DNA of 64,000 bases from a virus: the IMG/VR virus record IMGVR_UViG_3300047546_001437, positions 8,667-72,666 of that record. The stretch is one strand, 5' to 3'. Below are positions 17,634 through 27,174 of this stretch, piece after piece (position 1 is the first letter of the stretch; the number at the start of each line of letters is the position of its first letter). A program made the translations under genes and the position numbers. The notes beneath the pieces were generated by a model. The model made no database searches, was not told where the DNA came from, and was given only the letters and a program-made list of their open reading frames with translations.

Positions 17634-17826
17634 TATTAAAATAAACAAAGATTGCCAGGCTTGGGGTCAATGTGTATTTGATGCTCCAGAAGTATTTGAT
17701 TTAGTTGAAAGTGAAAGAAAGACCTGGAAGTATGTTGTAGATGATTCTCTTTTAGAAAAAGTAAAGATGGCTCATTCTCATTGTCCAAATAGAGCAATTT
17801 CTTTCGAGGTGCTTAAAGATGAATAA
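17623..17826 (+). CDS. Single-cluster ferredoxin (3Fe-4S type, actinobacterial P450-partner-like)
   Basis: 'CQAWGQCVFDAPEVFDL...CPNRAISF' = CxxXxxC...CP. Confidence 0.8.
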   Translation: MAISIKINKDCQAWGQCVFDAPEVFDLVESERKTWKYVVDDSLLEKVKMAHSHCPNRAISFEVLKDE

Positions 17827-17935
17827 AATTAAATGTTTAATTTTTGGTCACAGAATTGAAGAATCTTCTTGTCCATATACAATGAGGACATATCAAACCT
17901 GCATCCGTTGTGGATCTAAAGGTATTAAGTCTTAA
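17819..17935 (+). CDS. 38-aa putative Zn-binding protein (DUF1660-like; MNKIKCLIFGHR...C...CIRCGSK), missed by ORF track
   Basis: C..FGH...CxRCG pattern; overlaps ferredoxin stop. Confidence 0.6.
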   Translation: MNKIKCLIFGHRIEESSCPYTMRTYQTCIRCGSKGIKS

Positions 17936-17962
17936 CAATAAACATAAACAGTAAGTTGAGAG

Positions 17963-17991
17963 TTTACAAAAATTAAAAACTCTGCTATACT
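17963..17991 (+). promoter_or_regulatory. Sigma-A-type promoter for nrdJ: TTTACA-N17-TATACT with TG extension
   Basis: Followed by SD AAGGAG and GTG 18025. Confidence 0.6.
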
Positions 17992-18024
17992 TACTCAATC
18001 ACAGTTTTTAAAAAGGAGAAACAC

Positions 18025-20055
18025 GTGTCAGATTTTTTTAGTTTTCGTTTGCCAGATGAGTTCATTAATGAGTATAAAGACAAGGAGTCGCCTTTTGGTT
18101 TTATAGACGCTGGTGGTAACTCATTAGGAGAGATTACCTTTATTAGAACCTACTCAAGAATGAAGGAAGACGGAACTAAAGAGCGTTGGCACGAAGTTTG
18201 TCGTCGTGTAATCGAAGGTATGTATTCAGTACAAAAGAATCATGCTAAGGAAAACAGACTACCTTGGAATGACTATAAGGCTCAGAAGTCAGCACAAGAA
18301 GCATTCCAAAGAATGTTTGAATTAAAGTGGACACCACCAGGTCGTGGTATGTGGGCATTTGGAACCCCTATGACCATGGAGAAAAAGAACTCTGCAGCAT
18401 TACAAAACTGTGCCATGGTTTCAACAAAGGACCTTGACAAGAATGATCCAGGAGCATTATTTGCTTGGGTTATGGACGCATTGATGCTTGGCATTGGTGT
18501 AGGGTTTGACACAGTAGGACAGGATAAGAATTTTCATATTTATGCACCTACAGAGCCAATTGTCACCTATGAAATACCAGACACACGTGAGGGCTGGGTT
18601 GAATCAGTTCGTCTTCTCTTGAACTCATTCCTTAGACCAAATCAAAATATACAGGAATTTAATTATGATCTAATACGTCCACTGGGAGCACCCATTAAGG
18701 GCTTTGGAGGGGTTGCTAGTGGCCCAGAACCATTAATTAGGTTACACAACAACATACGCACCGTCATTGGCTCTAGAAATGGCGAGACGCTTGATTCTAG
18801 GGCTATTGTTGATATTGTTAATTTAATTGGAACATGTGTTGTGGCAGGAAATGTTAGAAGGTCTGCAACACTTGCCCTTGGTTCTTCTGGAGACGAAAAT
18901 TTTATTAATTTAAAAAATCCAGAAATGTTTCCAGAACGAAACTCCTTTGACCCAGAAAATCCAGGTTGGGCATGGATGTCAAATAATTCTATATCTGCAA
19001 CAGTTGGAACAAATTATGAACAATATGTTGACAGAATAGTAGATAACGGAGAGCCAGGATTTATCTGGCTTGATGTAGCAAGAAACTATGGCAGACTTAA
19101 GGATGCGCCAGACGGTAAGGATTATAGAGTTATGGGCTTTAATCCTTGTGCAGAGCAGCCACTAGAGTCATACGAACTCTGTACACTTGTAGAAGTACAT
19201 TTAAATCGTCATGAATCCAAGGAAGACTTTTTGCGTACCCTTAAGTTTGCCTATCTTTATGGCAAAACAGTAACTCTTGTACCAACACATTGGCAACAGA
19301 CAAATGGAATTATGCAACGAAATCGTCGTATCGGTACATCACTTACTGGTATCGCATCATTCTCTGATAAAAATGGTTTGCCAACAGTTCGTGAATGGAT
19401 GGATGAGGGATATAATACAATACGTAAATATGATCATCAATATTCAGAATGGCTATGTGTGCGTGAGTCAATTCGTGTAACGACAGTTAAGCCTTCGGGT
19501 TCAGTATCAATTCTTTCTGGTGCAACCCCTGGGGTACATTGGGGTCCAGGAGGAAACTTCTTCCTTCGTGCAATTAGATTTGGTGAAACAGATCCAATGA
19601 TGCACCTATTTAAGGCTGCAGGTTATAAAATAGAAAAAGACCTGGTTTCAGCAAATACATCAGTTGTATATTTTCCAGTAAAATCTGGACATGCAAGATC
19701 AGAAAAAGATGTAACATTATTTGAAAAGATTGCTCTTGCAGCAACCGCTCAAAAATATTGGTCAGATAATGGTGTTTCTGTAACATTATCCTTTGATAAG
19801 GAAACAGAGTCAAAGCATGTCGCACCAGCACTACACATGTATGAAGGACAACTAAAGGCTGTTTCTTTCCTACCCATGGGCAACACGGTATATCCACAAC
19901 AACCGTATACACAAATAACAGAGCAAGAATATAATGAATATATTGGAAAAATCAAGAAAATTGATTGGTCTGCAATATATGACGGTGTAGATAATCTAGA
20001 GGCTCAAGGCGAGGCTTACTGCACAACAGATGCTTGCGAAATAAAAATCTCGTAG
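18025..20055 (+). CDS. nrdJ: Class II (adenosylcobalamin-dependent) ribonucleoside-triphosphate reductase, monomeric RTPR type
   Basis: 'PPGRG', 'LQNC', 'GNVRRSA', 'NPCAEQPL', 'TTVKPSG', C-terminal 'CTTDAC' redox pair. Confidence 0.93.
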   Translation: MSDFFSFRLPDEFINEYKDKESPFGFIDAGGNSLGEITFIRTYSRMKEDGTKERWHEVCRRVIEGMYSVQKNHAKENRLPWNDYKAQKSAQEAFQRMFELKWTPPGRGMWAFGTPMTMEKKNSAALQNCAMVSTKDLDKNDPGALFAWVMDALMLGIGVGFDTVGQDKNFHIYAPTEPIVTYEIPDTREGWVESVRLLLNSFLRPNQNIQEFNYDLIRPLGAPIKGFGGVASGPEPLIRLHNNIRTVIGSRNGETLDSRAIVDIVNLIGTCVVAGNVRRSATLALGSSGDENFINLKNPEMFPERNSFDPENPGWAWMSNNSISATVGTNYEQYVDRIVDNGEPGFIWLDVARNYGRLKDAPDGKDYRVMGFNPCAEQPLESYELCTLVEVHLNRHESKEDFLRTLKFAYLYGKTVTLVPTHWQQTNGIMQRNRRIGTSLTGIASFSDKNGLPTVREWMDEGYNTIRKYDHQYSEWLCVRESIRVTTVKPSGSVSILSGATPGVHWGPGGNFFLRAIRFGETDPMMHLFKAAGYKIEKDLVSANTSVVYFPVKSGHARSEKDVTLFEKIALAATAQKYWSDNGVSVTLSFDKETESKHVAPALHMYEGQLKAVSFLPMGNTVYPQQPYTQITEQEYNEYIGKIKKIDWSAIYDGVDNLEAQGEAYCTTDACEIKIS

Positions 20056-20057
20056 TA

Positions 20058-20066
20058 TGATAAAAT
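20058..20066 (+). promoter_or_regulatory. Extended -10 promoter (TGATAAAAT), 9 nt before ATG, no SD
   Basis: Read directly from sequence. Confidence 0.5.
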
Positions 20067-20075
20067 AGACTCATA

Positions 20076-23000
20076 ATGTCTAGTCCATCAAATCTATATG
20101 CAGAAAAGGTATTTTCGGAACATCCGACAGTTCTTTGGGCATTGGACGATCAGGCAGACTACATATCTTTAATATCTGAAAATGATCGTAAAGTATACAA
20201 CTGGACAGTAACTGGCGGAACTGCAACATTAGAGCCTTCTATTGTAGACGAACCATTTCCACTATCTGCAACAACAAAGTTGGTAGGAAATGTAACAACT
20301 GAAGACTATTCTAAGGTTGTATGTGTCAGCAATGATGTGTTTAATTTAGAAGATCTCAATACCTATATGGGAACATTTTCTATAGGATCTTATGTGTACT
20401 CTGACAGCCCCTATATTTCTGGTATTGAAATTGGATATCAGTATTATGATGAAACAACTGCATCTATTGTAGAAAAATTAAAAAATTATGGAACTTCTGT
20501 TTATGGAAGATGGATATTTGTATCTGAGACATTTAATATACCATCTGAGATAGCAGCAGTAAAATTGGTTATAAAAATTAACTATATTGGTGGAGCAGAA
20601 TCCACAGACGACTATGTATTTTTTGTTAATGGTGTTACTGCTGGTCAATGGTCAGAAGAATTTAACTCTAGTTCTCTTGGATCAAACAAGATCGCTCTTC
20701 CATCAACAATAGCACTAGACCCATCATTTGTCATAGAAGCATTGTCATATGGTTTGCAAGAAACTCCTGGTTATTATTTTATAAACGATAACTCATTAGT
20801 TGCAAAAAATTCTGGTATACCAATTGTATATGGATCAAGCAATACAACTATTCTATATCCTAATAACAACAAGCCATCATTAATAATTCCTGGTTATGGG
20901 TTCTTAAACAATTCTGGTAAATTTAAAGAATATACAGTAGAAATGTGGCTAAGAGTAAACTCTGATTCATTTACAAGAAAAAGAATTTTTGGGCCAATAG
21001 CATCAACAGACGGACTATATGTTGAGGGACCGTTTATATTATTAAAAATTGGTAATAATTTTGCATCACATTATATTGGAGAATGGACAAGGCCCATGAT
21101 TGTTCATATTAAATATAGTAACAATACTGCCTCATTAATGATTAATGGGGAAGAAGTTATATCGTTAAATATTATTACATCAGATCTTTCTTTTCCAGAT
21201 ATACTTTCAGACCAGGGAAAGACTCAAGATTGGTTGGGCTTTTACGCTTACGAAGATGTAACCCCAATAGAGGTTGACTGTGTATCTATTTATTCTTATC
21301 CAGTTCCATCTTTAGTTGCAAAAAGAAGGTTTGTATACGGACAAGGAGTCGAGGTACCAGAAAATATTAATGCATCATATAGTGGAACATCTATGTTTAT
21401 AGATTATCCTTTTGCCGATTATGCAAATAACTATATGTATCCAGACCTTGGATCTTGGTCTCAGGCATCTATAGACAACCTATCTGTTAATAAAAATTTT
21501 TTAACAACTAAAGAATACTCTTTGCCAGAAATATTTTTAAGTAATAAAACAACAGAAGAGTTGTATGCTGCATGTAAGAATCTTCCAACAGAAGATAACT
21601 TATATCTAAGACTTAAGCCAGCAGGCTGGGATACTACAACTGGCTACTTACTGTTTAATGATATTTCATTGCTAACATCTTCAAAGGCATTTTATGGTAT
21701 CTTTAAAGCATTGAATGTTAGCGGAACCAAAATTTTATTTAGAATAGACAACTCAGTTACAAAAGAATATTTCAGTATTGAACTTGTTCCAAGCACAACT
21801 GCTTCTGGAAATGAAATAAAGTATTTACATAAATATGAAAAGGTTCAGGAAAATGGATCTGTAGTTGATCAGATAGATGTTATATATACTTCAAATCCGA
21901 TATCTGTCGGCGAGGACTTTGTTGCTGGAATTGATGTACCAACTTTTATTTCTGGTTTTGGAGGAAGGTTAACATCATTTTTTGGTAATCTTTCTTCAGC
22001 AAAATTATATGTAGGTGGTTGTAAAGAATTAACTAACACTTTTGATGGAAATATTTATCATGTTGGATTTTGTAGTAGCAAAAACTTTTTACCAATTTCG
22101 CACGTCTTTAATTCTACATTAGGAATTCCAGCAGATTTTGAAAATATCTTCAACCTATATTCCTCTCAAGTAGACTATGATGCTGGAGAATATTATGGAA
22201 CCAATCAATATTTTTGGCTATATATATTAGATGGAGGATCTCCAACATCTTTTGCAAGCAATACATTAGATCTTCATACTGCAAGTTATACACTTTCACC
22301 AGTTCTTGATTTTAACAAGTTTTCTTTAGGTATAGATATCCAGGGAACCTGGGAAGATCAAATACCGCTTTCTTATTTTGCAAAGTATGTAACAGATGCA
22401 AGAGGTGATTCATACTACGATTTAGATTTTATACAGTTTAATTTAAATTATCCAGCACCATCAATATTTTTAGAACAAGAAACAGAAGGTACATGGAATT
22501 ACGGAGAACTACACTCTGAGTATTCAAACCCAATTCTAAGAACGTATGAGTCGTTAGATAATCATCTATTTACAGGATACCTTAATTACGAAGATTTAGA
22601 AAATAGATCTCAAAAAAATTATAAATACGATACGTCAAATTCTTTGGTTAAGTCATACATAACATTTCAGTATATAGCAACAGGTGCTAATGCACCAGAT
22701 TCATTTTTTATAAACAAAGAACTAGCACCAAAAAATGGAATCATTGATCCACAAGATGACTGGGTTCAAACAAAATATGAGATTGTAGACAATATGCTTA
22801 TATATCCACCAAAGGGTGCAAAGTTTGAGGACTTGTCTATTGTTGTAGAACTAAACTTTAAGGTTAAGAATATTTTAAAGAATAAGGTTCAAGTTAAAAA
22901 ATTACAACTTGCTTCTCAGGCATTTAATGATGTATCCCCAAATGAAATTGGAACAAGATTTGCTGTACCAATTTATCCTTATAGGAAAACTGGGTTTTAC

Positions 23001-23804
23001 TATGATTTTAAAAATCAAAATCCTTTTACTATATACAAGGGAAGTTCTCCATATCTTTATTTAACAAGATATTCTGGCATTCAGGTTCGTGGTCAATATG
23101 ACCCAGTTATAAATAGAGGAATATTTGTTCCCATAAATCCTGGATCTGCATCAAATTATAAAGTGATGGCTATGCAAGCAGCAATTAGATTTGATGAAGA
23201 CTTTTTCCCATATGCACCAACACAAATCTTTGAAATAGAAGGCAAGGATAATCTAATTAAATTTTTTATGGTTGCATCACATCCAGACGGAAAGAGAGCA
23301 AGAATATATGCAATTAATGCAAAGACTGGACAAGTGGAAGAGGGCATAGGATTTTATCTAAATGGAAAAATAGTCAAGGATCCAACAATAACTGTTAAAG
23401 AATGGTCTATGCTTGGTATTTCATTTTCTAGTTTATTAGATTTTAATAACTATGTTGGTTCTATTAAAATCAATGGGCCTCTTCTTGTTAATCTTGTTTC
23501 GCATTATAAATCAACTAACCTTCAGGAAGTTCAAAATGTTATAGAAAGGCCATGGTTTAGGGTTAAAAGAGACGGCGGGTTACAGTTTGACTGGCAGTAC
23601 TGGGAGTCTGCATATATTTGGCAGGGTGTATTGGTCCTATCAACAACATCTTATTATGGTGTAAAACCATCAGATATTTATAAAAGTTATACAGGAACCA
23701 ATAAAATTATAGTTGACGATACAAGAGAGTTTAGGCTAAACTCGTATCAATATAAGGTCTATGCAGATATTTCATGGCAGTCAAAGATCCAAAATGCCGT
23801 ATAG
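20076..23804 (+). CDS. Large virion structural protein with LamG/concanavalin-like beta-sandwich segments
   Basis: 'HP..LWALDD' N-terminus, 'YTVEMWLR', 'SLMINGEEV', 'FDGNIY' LamG-like motifs; 1242 aa; precedes head genes. Confidence 0.55.
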   Translation: MSSPSNLYAEKVFSEHPTVLWALDDQADYISLISENDRKVYNWTVTGGTATLEPSIVDEPFPLSATTKLVGNVTTEDYSKVVCVSNDVFNLEDLNTYMGTFSIGSYVYSDSPYISGIEIGYQYYDETTASIVEKLKNYGTSVYGRWIFVSETFNIPSEIAAVKLVIKINYIGGAESTDDYVFFVNGVTAGQWSEEFNSSSLGSNKIALPSTIALDPSFVIEALSYGLQETPGYYFINDNSLVAKNSGIPIVYGSSNTTILYPNNNKPSLIIPGYGFLNNSGKFKEYTVEMWLRVNSDSFTRKRIFGPIASTDGLYVEGPFILLKIGNNFASHYIGEWTRPMIVHIKYSNNTASLMINGEEVISLNIITSDLSFPDILSDQGKTQDWLGFYAYEDVTPIEVDCVSIYSYPVPSLVAKRRFVYGQGVEVPENINASYSGTSMFIDYPFADYANNYMYPDLGSWSQASIDNLSVNKNFLTTKEYSLPEIFLSNKTTEELYAACKNLPTEDNLYLRLKPAGWDTTTGYLLFNDISLLTSSKAFYGIFKALNVSGTKILFRIDNSVTKEYFSIELVPSTTASGNEIKYLHKYEKVQENGSVVDQIDVIYTSNPISVGEDFVAGIDVPTFISGFGGRLTSFFGNLSSAKLYVGGCKELTNTFDGNIYHVGFCSSKNFLPISHVFNSTLGIPADFENIFNLYSSQVDYDAGEYYGTNQYFWLYILDGGSPTSFASNTLDLHTASYTLSPVLDFNKFSLGIDIQGTWEDQIPLSYFAKYVTDARGDSYYDLDFIQFNLNYPAPSIFLEQETEGTWNYGELHSEYSNPILRTYESLDNHLFTGYLNYEDLENRSQKNYKYDTSNSLVKSYITFQYIATGANAPDSFFINKELAPKNGIIDPQDDWVQTKYEIVDNMLIYPPKGAKFEDLSIVVELNFKVKNILKNKVQVKKLQLASQAFNDVSPNEIGTRFAVPIYPYRKTGFYYDFKNQNPFTIYKGSSPYLYLTRYSGIQVRGQYDPVINRGIFVPINPGSASNYKVMAMQAAIRFDEDFFPYAPTQIFEIEGKDNLIKFFMVASHPDGKRARIYAINAKTGQVEEGIGFYLNGKIVKDPTITVKEWSMLGISFSSLLDFNNYVGSIKINGPLLVNLVSHYKSTNLQEVQNVIERPWFRVKRDGGLQFDWQYWESAYIWQGVLVLSTTSYYGVKPSDIYKSYTGTNKIIVDDTREFRLNSYQYKVYADISWQSKIQNAV

Positions 23805-23806
23805 TA

Positions 23807-23815
23807 TGGTATACT
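23807..23815 (+). promoter_or_regulatory. Extended -10 promoter, probably leaderless (TGGTATACT, 7 nt before ATG 23823)
   Basis: Read directly from sequence. Confidence 0.65.
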
Positions 23816-23822
23816 TGTGGTT

Positions 23823-24191
23823 ATGAAAGACCCTAAAAAGCCAAATATAGGTAAAACTAAAATAAAAGTCATAGACAAGAACTATGACTGGGGTGTTTAT
23901 GTTTGGAAAAAGTCAAATGGTAAGTGGTTTACAGATGGACAGGGAAATGTCTTAAATATACCAGCCATGAAGGGTGATATCGCCAAAATTGCAGAATTAA
24001 AACAGGCTGCAGCACATTATGGTGAGCCAGATGGAGAAGCAATATTTTTTGCTGGATTAAACAGAATCTCGGATGAAGAATATGCGGAACAGCAAGAGAG
24101 AATGCGTCAGGGTCTAATCCCAAATCTAAACGATCTTGGTGCAGTGCATGCAGCACAACAAACAATTAAGCGTTATGGAGCACAAGACTAA
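23823..24191 (+). CDS. Hypothetical protein upstream of portal
   Basis: ATG 23823 preferred over GTG 23817 on promoter spacing; coupled to portal. Confidence 0.65.
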   Translation: MKDPKKPNIGKTKIKVIDKNYDWGVYVWKKSNGKWFTDGQGNVLNIPAMKGDIAKIAELKQAAAHYGEPDGEAIFFAGLNRISDEEYAEQQERMRQGLIPNLNDLGAVHAAQQTIKRYGAQD

Positions 24192-25759
24192 TGTCAGAAG
24201 AAAATGAATATATTATAGGCGCAAGAATTGATAATGCGATTCAGCAAGATGACTCTTTTGTAAAGGCAGATCCATTTAATAAAAGTTGGGAAGACTTAAA
24301 GTCTTTATCTGGTTTGGACAATAACTTTAAACGTAGAGCAGCAAGAATATCAAAAGCAAATGAGCCTGGTCAGGCATACATGGATAGTGCACGAACAAAT
24401 CAGGCTGGTATTAACGGAGCACAATCTAAAGAAATTAATCCTGGCACTGTATATAGAAATGGTTATGGTTTGTTTGATGTTATTACACCACCATGGAATT
24501 TATATGAATTAGCAAACTATTACGATACATCTTTTGCAAACCATGCAGCAATCGATGCAAAAGTAGAAAACATCGTGGGCTTAGGCTACGACTTTGAAAT
24601 TTCTCCAAGAACCATGTTGAAGTTAGAATCTTCAAGTGATAGAGATGCTGTTGGTCGTGCACGTAATCGAATTGAAAGAGCAAAAATAGAACTGCGTGAC
24701 TGGCTTGAATCCTTAAATGATGATGACTCATTTACAACAACAATGGAAAAAGTTTATACAGATGTTCAGGCTACAGGAAATGGTTATTTAGAAATAGGAA
24801 GAACCGTAACTGGAGAAATTGGATACGTTGGACACATTCCAGCAACCACAATTCGTGTTCGTAGATTGCGTGATGGCTATCTACAAATTATTGGAAACAA
24901 GGTTGTATATTTCCGTAATTTTGGTGCAACTAACCCAAATCCAGTAACCGATGATGCTAGACCAAATGAAATAATTCATTTTAAACAATATTCACCATTA
25001 AACACATTTTATGGTGTTCCAGACATAATGTCTGCAATTACATCTTTGCAGGGAGATCAGTTAGCAGCACAATACAACATAGATTATTTTGGAAACAAGG
25101 CAGTGCCTAGATATGTTGTTTGGCTTAAGGGTGCAAAACTATCTGCTGATGCAGAAGATAAGATGTTTAGATTTTTACAAACTGGACTTAAGGGGCAAAA
25201 CCACAGAACTCTATATATTCCTCTTCCAGGAGATACAGATACAAATAAGGTAGAGTTTAAGATGGAGCCGATTGAAAATGGGGTACAAGAGGGCTCATTT
25301 GAAAGATATCGTAAGCAAAATCGTGATGATATTTTGATCGCACATCAGGTTCCGTTGTCTAAAATTGGTGGCGGAGATTCTGGGGCTATTGCAGCAGCCC
25401 TAGCCCAAGATCGTACATTTAAAGAACAGGTCGCAAGACCAGCACAGCGTCAACTTGAAAAGATGATTAACAAAGTAATAAGAGAAAAAACAGATATTTT
25501 GGAGTTAAAGTTTAATGAACTCACTCTAACAGACGAAATTGCACAGTCTCAAATCTTGGAGCGATATGTAAAAACCCAGGTCATGGTTCCAAATGAGGCA
25601 CGACAAATTCTTGGTTTGCCAATGATTGCTGGAGGAGACGAGCCAGCAGAATTAAATCAGGGTAGACAAAGAGATGCAGAAAGAGTTAATAATCAGTCCG
25701 ATGGATCAGCCACCGTTAATGGGAGAAATCCCAAGGGTGAAGGCAGGGCATCAGAATAA
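24191..25759 (+). CDS. Portal protein
   Basis: 'TGNGYLEI.R', 'EIIHFKQYSP...YGVP', 'YF.N.AVP', 'RDDILIAHQVP...IG', 'PNEARQ.LGLP...GGD'. Confidence 0.9.
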   Translation: MSEENEYIIGARIDNAIQQDDSFVKADPFNKSWEDLKSLSGLDNNFKRRAARISKANEPGQAYMDSARTNQAGINGAQSKEINPGTVYRNGYGLFDVITPPWNLYELANYYDTSFANHAAIDAKVENIVGLGYDFEISPRTMLKLESSSDRDAVGRARNRIERAKIELRDWLESLNDDDSFTTTMEKVYTDVQATGNGYLEIGRTVTGEIGYVGHIPATTIRVRRLRDGYLQIIGNKVVYFRNFGATNPNPVTDDARPNEIIHFKQYSPLNTFYGVPDIMSAITSLQGDQLAAQYNIDYFGNKAVPRYVVWLKGAKLSADAEDKMFRFLQTGLKGQNHRTLYIPLPGDTDTNKVEFKMEPIENGVQEGSFERYRKQNRDDILIAHQVPLSKIGGGDSGAIAAALAQDRTFKEQVARPAQRQLEKMINKVIREKTDILELKFNELTLTDEIAQSQILERYVKTQVMVPNEARQILGLPMIAGGDEPAELNQGRQRDAERVNNQSDGSATVNGRNPKGEGRASE

Positions 25760-25805
25760 GTGATTTTTAACACATAGTAAAAAAGGTTATATAATATATT
25801 CTAGT

Positions 25806-27149
25806 ATGACTATATCTAAAGCCCATTGGAATACAGAGGGCGACAACGTTCGCCTTTCACTACCATTTGCCAAGGTAGATAAGGAGCGTCGCATCGTCTC
25901 TGGTTTTGCATCCCTTGACAATGTTGATAAGCAGGGTGATATAGTTACAGCAGAAGCATCAATGAAGGCATTTTCAGAATTCCGTGGAAATATTCGTGAG
26001 ATGCATCAGCCATCTGCAGTTGGAAAGATGGTTTCATTTAAGCAAGATAGATATTTTGATCCAAACTCAAAAAAGTTTTATAACGGAGTGTTTGTTTCTG
26101 CATATGTTTCAAAGGGTGCACAAGATGCATGGGAAAAAGTTTTAGATGGCACATACACAGGATTTTCAATTGGTGGTCGCATGAACAAGTGGGATGATGG
26201 ATATGACGAAAAGTCAGATACCACAATTAGAATTATTAAAGATTATGATCTCGTAGAGTTGTCACTCGTTGACTCTCCAGCAAATCAATTTGCAAATATC
26301 ATGCACGTTGAAAAGGTTGATGGTGTTGCTGTTGTTAAGGGTCAGGATGTTGCACTTGAAAATGTTTTTTATGATGAAGAGTCTGGAATTGTTATGGTTT
26401 CAGAAGAGGAATCTGTTATTAGTCCAACAAGCGGAAACCCAATGAAAAATATAGGATTCGTTGAAAAAACGGATAATGAAAAGATAGATATGGTCAAATT
26501 CTTAGTTGATAGTGCTAAAGGCATTAATACTTCTAAGATTAACAAGGAGGTAAATCCTATGACAGAAGAAACAACAGTTGTTGAAGAAACAACAGAAGTT
26601 ACAAAGTCAGAAGAAATCGCTCCAGAGGCAGATGCCGTAGTAGAGGCTCCTGTTGCAGAAGTTGCTGAAAAGTCAGATGAGACTCCAGTAGCAGAAGAAG
26701 TTGCTAAGGCTGAAGAAGCCACAGCAACAGAGGAAGTTGCAAAGTCTGAAGAGACAGTTGTAGCAGAATCAACAGAAGAAACTTCAGAAGTATCTAAATC
26801 AGATGATGTAGTTGCAGAGTCAATTGCAGAAATCAAGAACACTATTACATCAGCCTTTAGCGATTTAGTAGAAACTGTAAAATCTTTGCAGGCAGAAGTA
26901 GAAATGCTTAAGTCAAACAAAGTTGATACAGCAGCAGTAAAGAGTTCACTTGAAGCAGTCGCCAAAGACATTGCTGCAACAAATGAGCGTTTTAATGAGT
27001 TTGGAAAGAGAGTCGACGCTGTAGAAGCAGATACCGCTTTCCGAAAGTCTGGCGATCTAGGCGAGATCGTACAGGAACTTCAGATGGAAAAATCTGAAAA
27101 ATCCCTATGGGGCGGACGTTTCCTCAAAACAGCCGACTTATTTAAATAG
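25806..27149 (+). CDS. Prohead protease (HK97/XkdF-like) fused to acidic scaffold domain
   Basis: 'RIVSGFAS...DKQGD', 'REMH', 'TGFSIGG', 'ELSLVDSPAN'; Glu/Ala-rich coiled-coil C-terminal half. Confidence 0.85.
   Translation: MTISKAHWNTEGDNVRLSLPFAKVDKERRIVSGFASLDNVDKQGDIVTAEASMKAFSEFRGNIREMHQPSAVGKMVSFKQDRYFDPNSKKFYNGVFVSAYVSKGAQDAWEKVLDGTYTGFSIGGRMNKWDDGYDEKSDTTIRIIKDYDLVELSLVDSPANQFANIMHVEKVDGVAVVKGQDVALENVFYDEESGIVMVSEEESVISPTSGNPMKNIGFVEKTDNEKIDMVKFLVDSAKGINTSKINKEVNPMTEETTVVEETTEVTKSEEIAPEADAVVEAPVAEVAEKSDETPVAEEVAKAEEATATEEVAKSEETVVAESTEETSEVSKSDDVVAESIAEIKNTITSAFSDLVETVKSLQAEVEMLKSNKVDTAAVKSSLEAVAKDIAATNERFNEFGKRVDAVEADTAFRKSGDLGEIVQELQMEKSEKSLWGGRFLKTADLFK
26559..27149 (+). CDS. Probable nested in-frame scaffolding protein (196 aa, MTEETTVVEE...)
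   Basis: Strong internal SD AAGGAGG at 26544-26550, 8 nt before in-frame ATG 26559, at the protease/acidic boundary. Confidence 0.6.
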   Translation: MTEETTVVEETTEVTKSEEIAPEADAVVEAPVAEVAEKSDETPVAEEVAKAEEATATEEVAKSEETVVAESTEETSEVSKSDDVVAESIAEIKNTITSAFSDLVETVKSLQAEVEMLKSNKVDTAAVKSSLEAVAKDIAATNERFNEFGKRVDAVEADTAFRKSGDLGEIVQELQMEKSEKSLWGGRFLKTADLFK

Positions 27150-27174
27150 GTTAAATCACTTAGGAGGTGACAAT

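Noticed and set aside
27158-27172. SD-sequestering hairpin TCACT-TAGGA-GGTGA before MCP (and ATGGG-tagaac-CCCAT before 10994)
   Set aside because: Only 5-bp stems; too weak to call regulatory without covariation evidence
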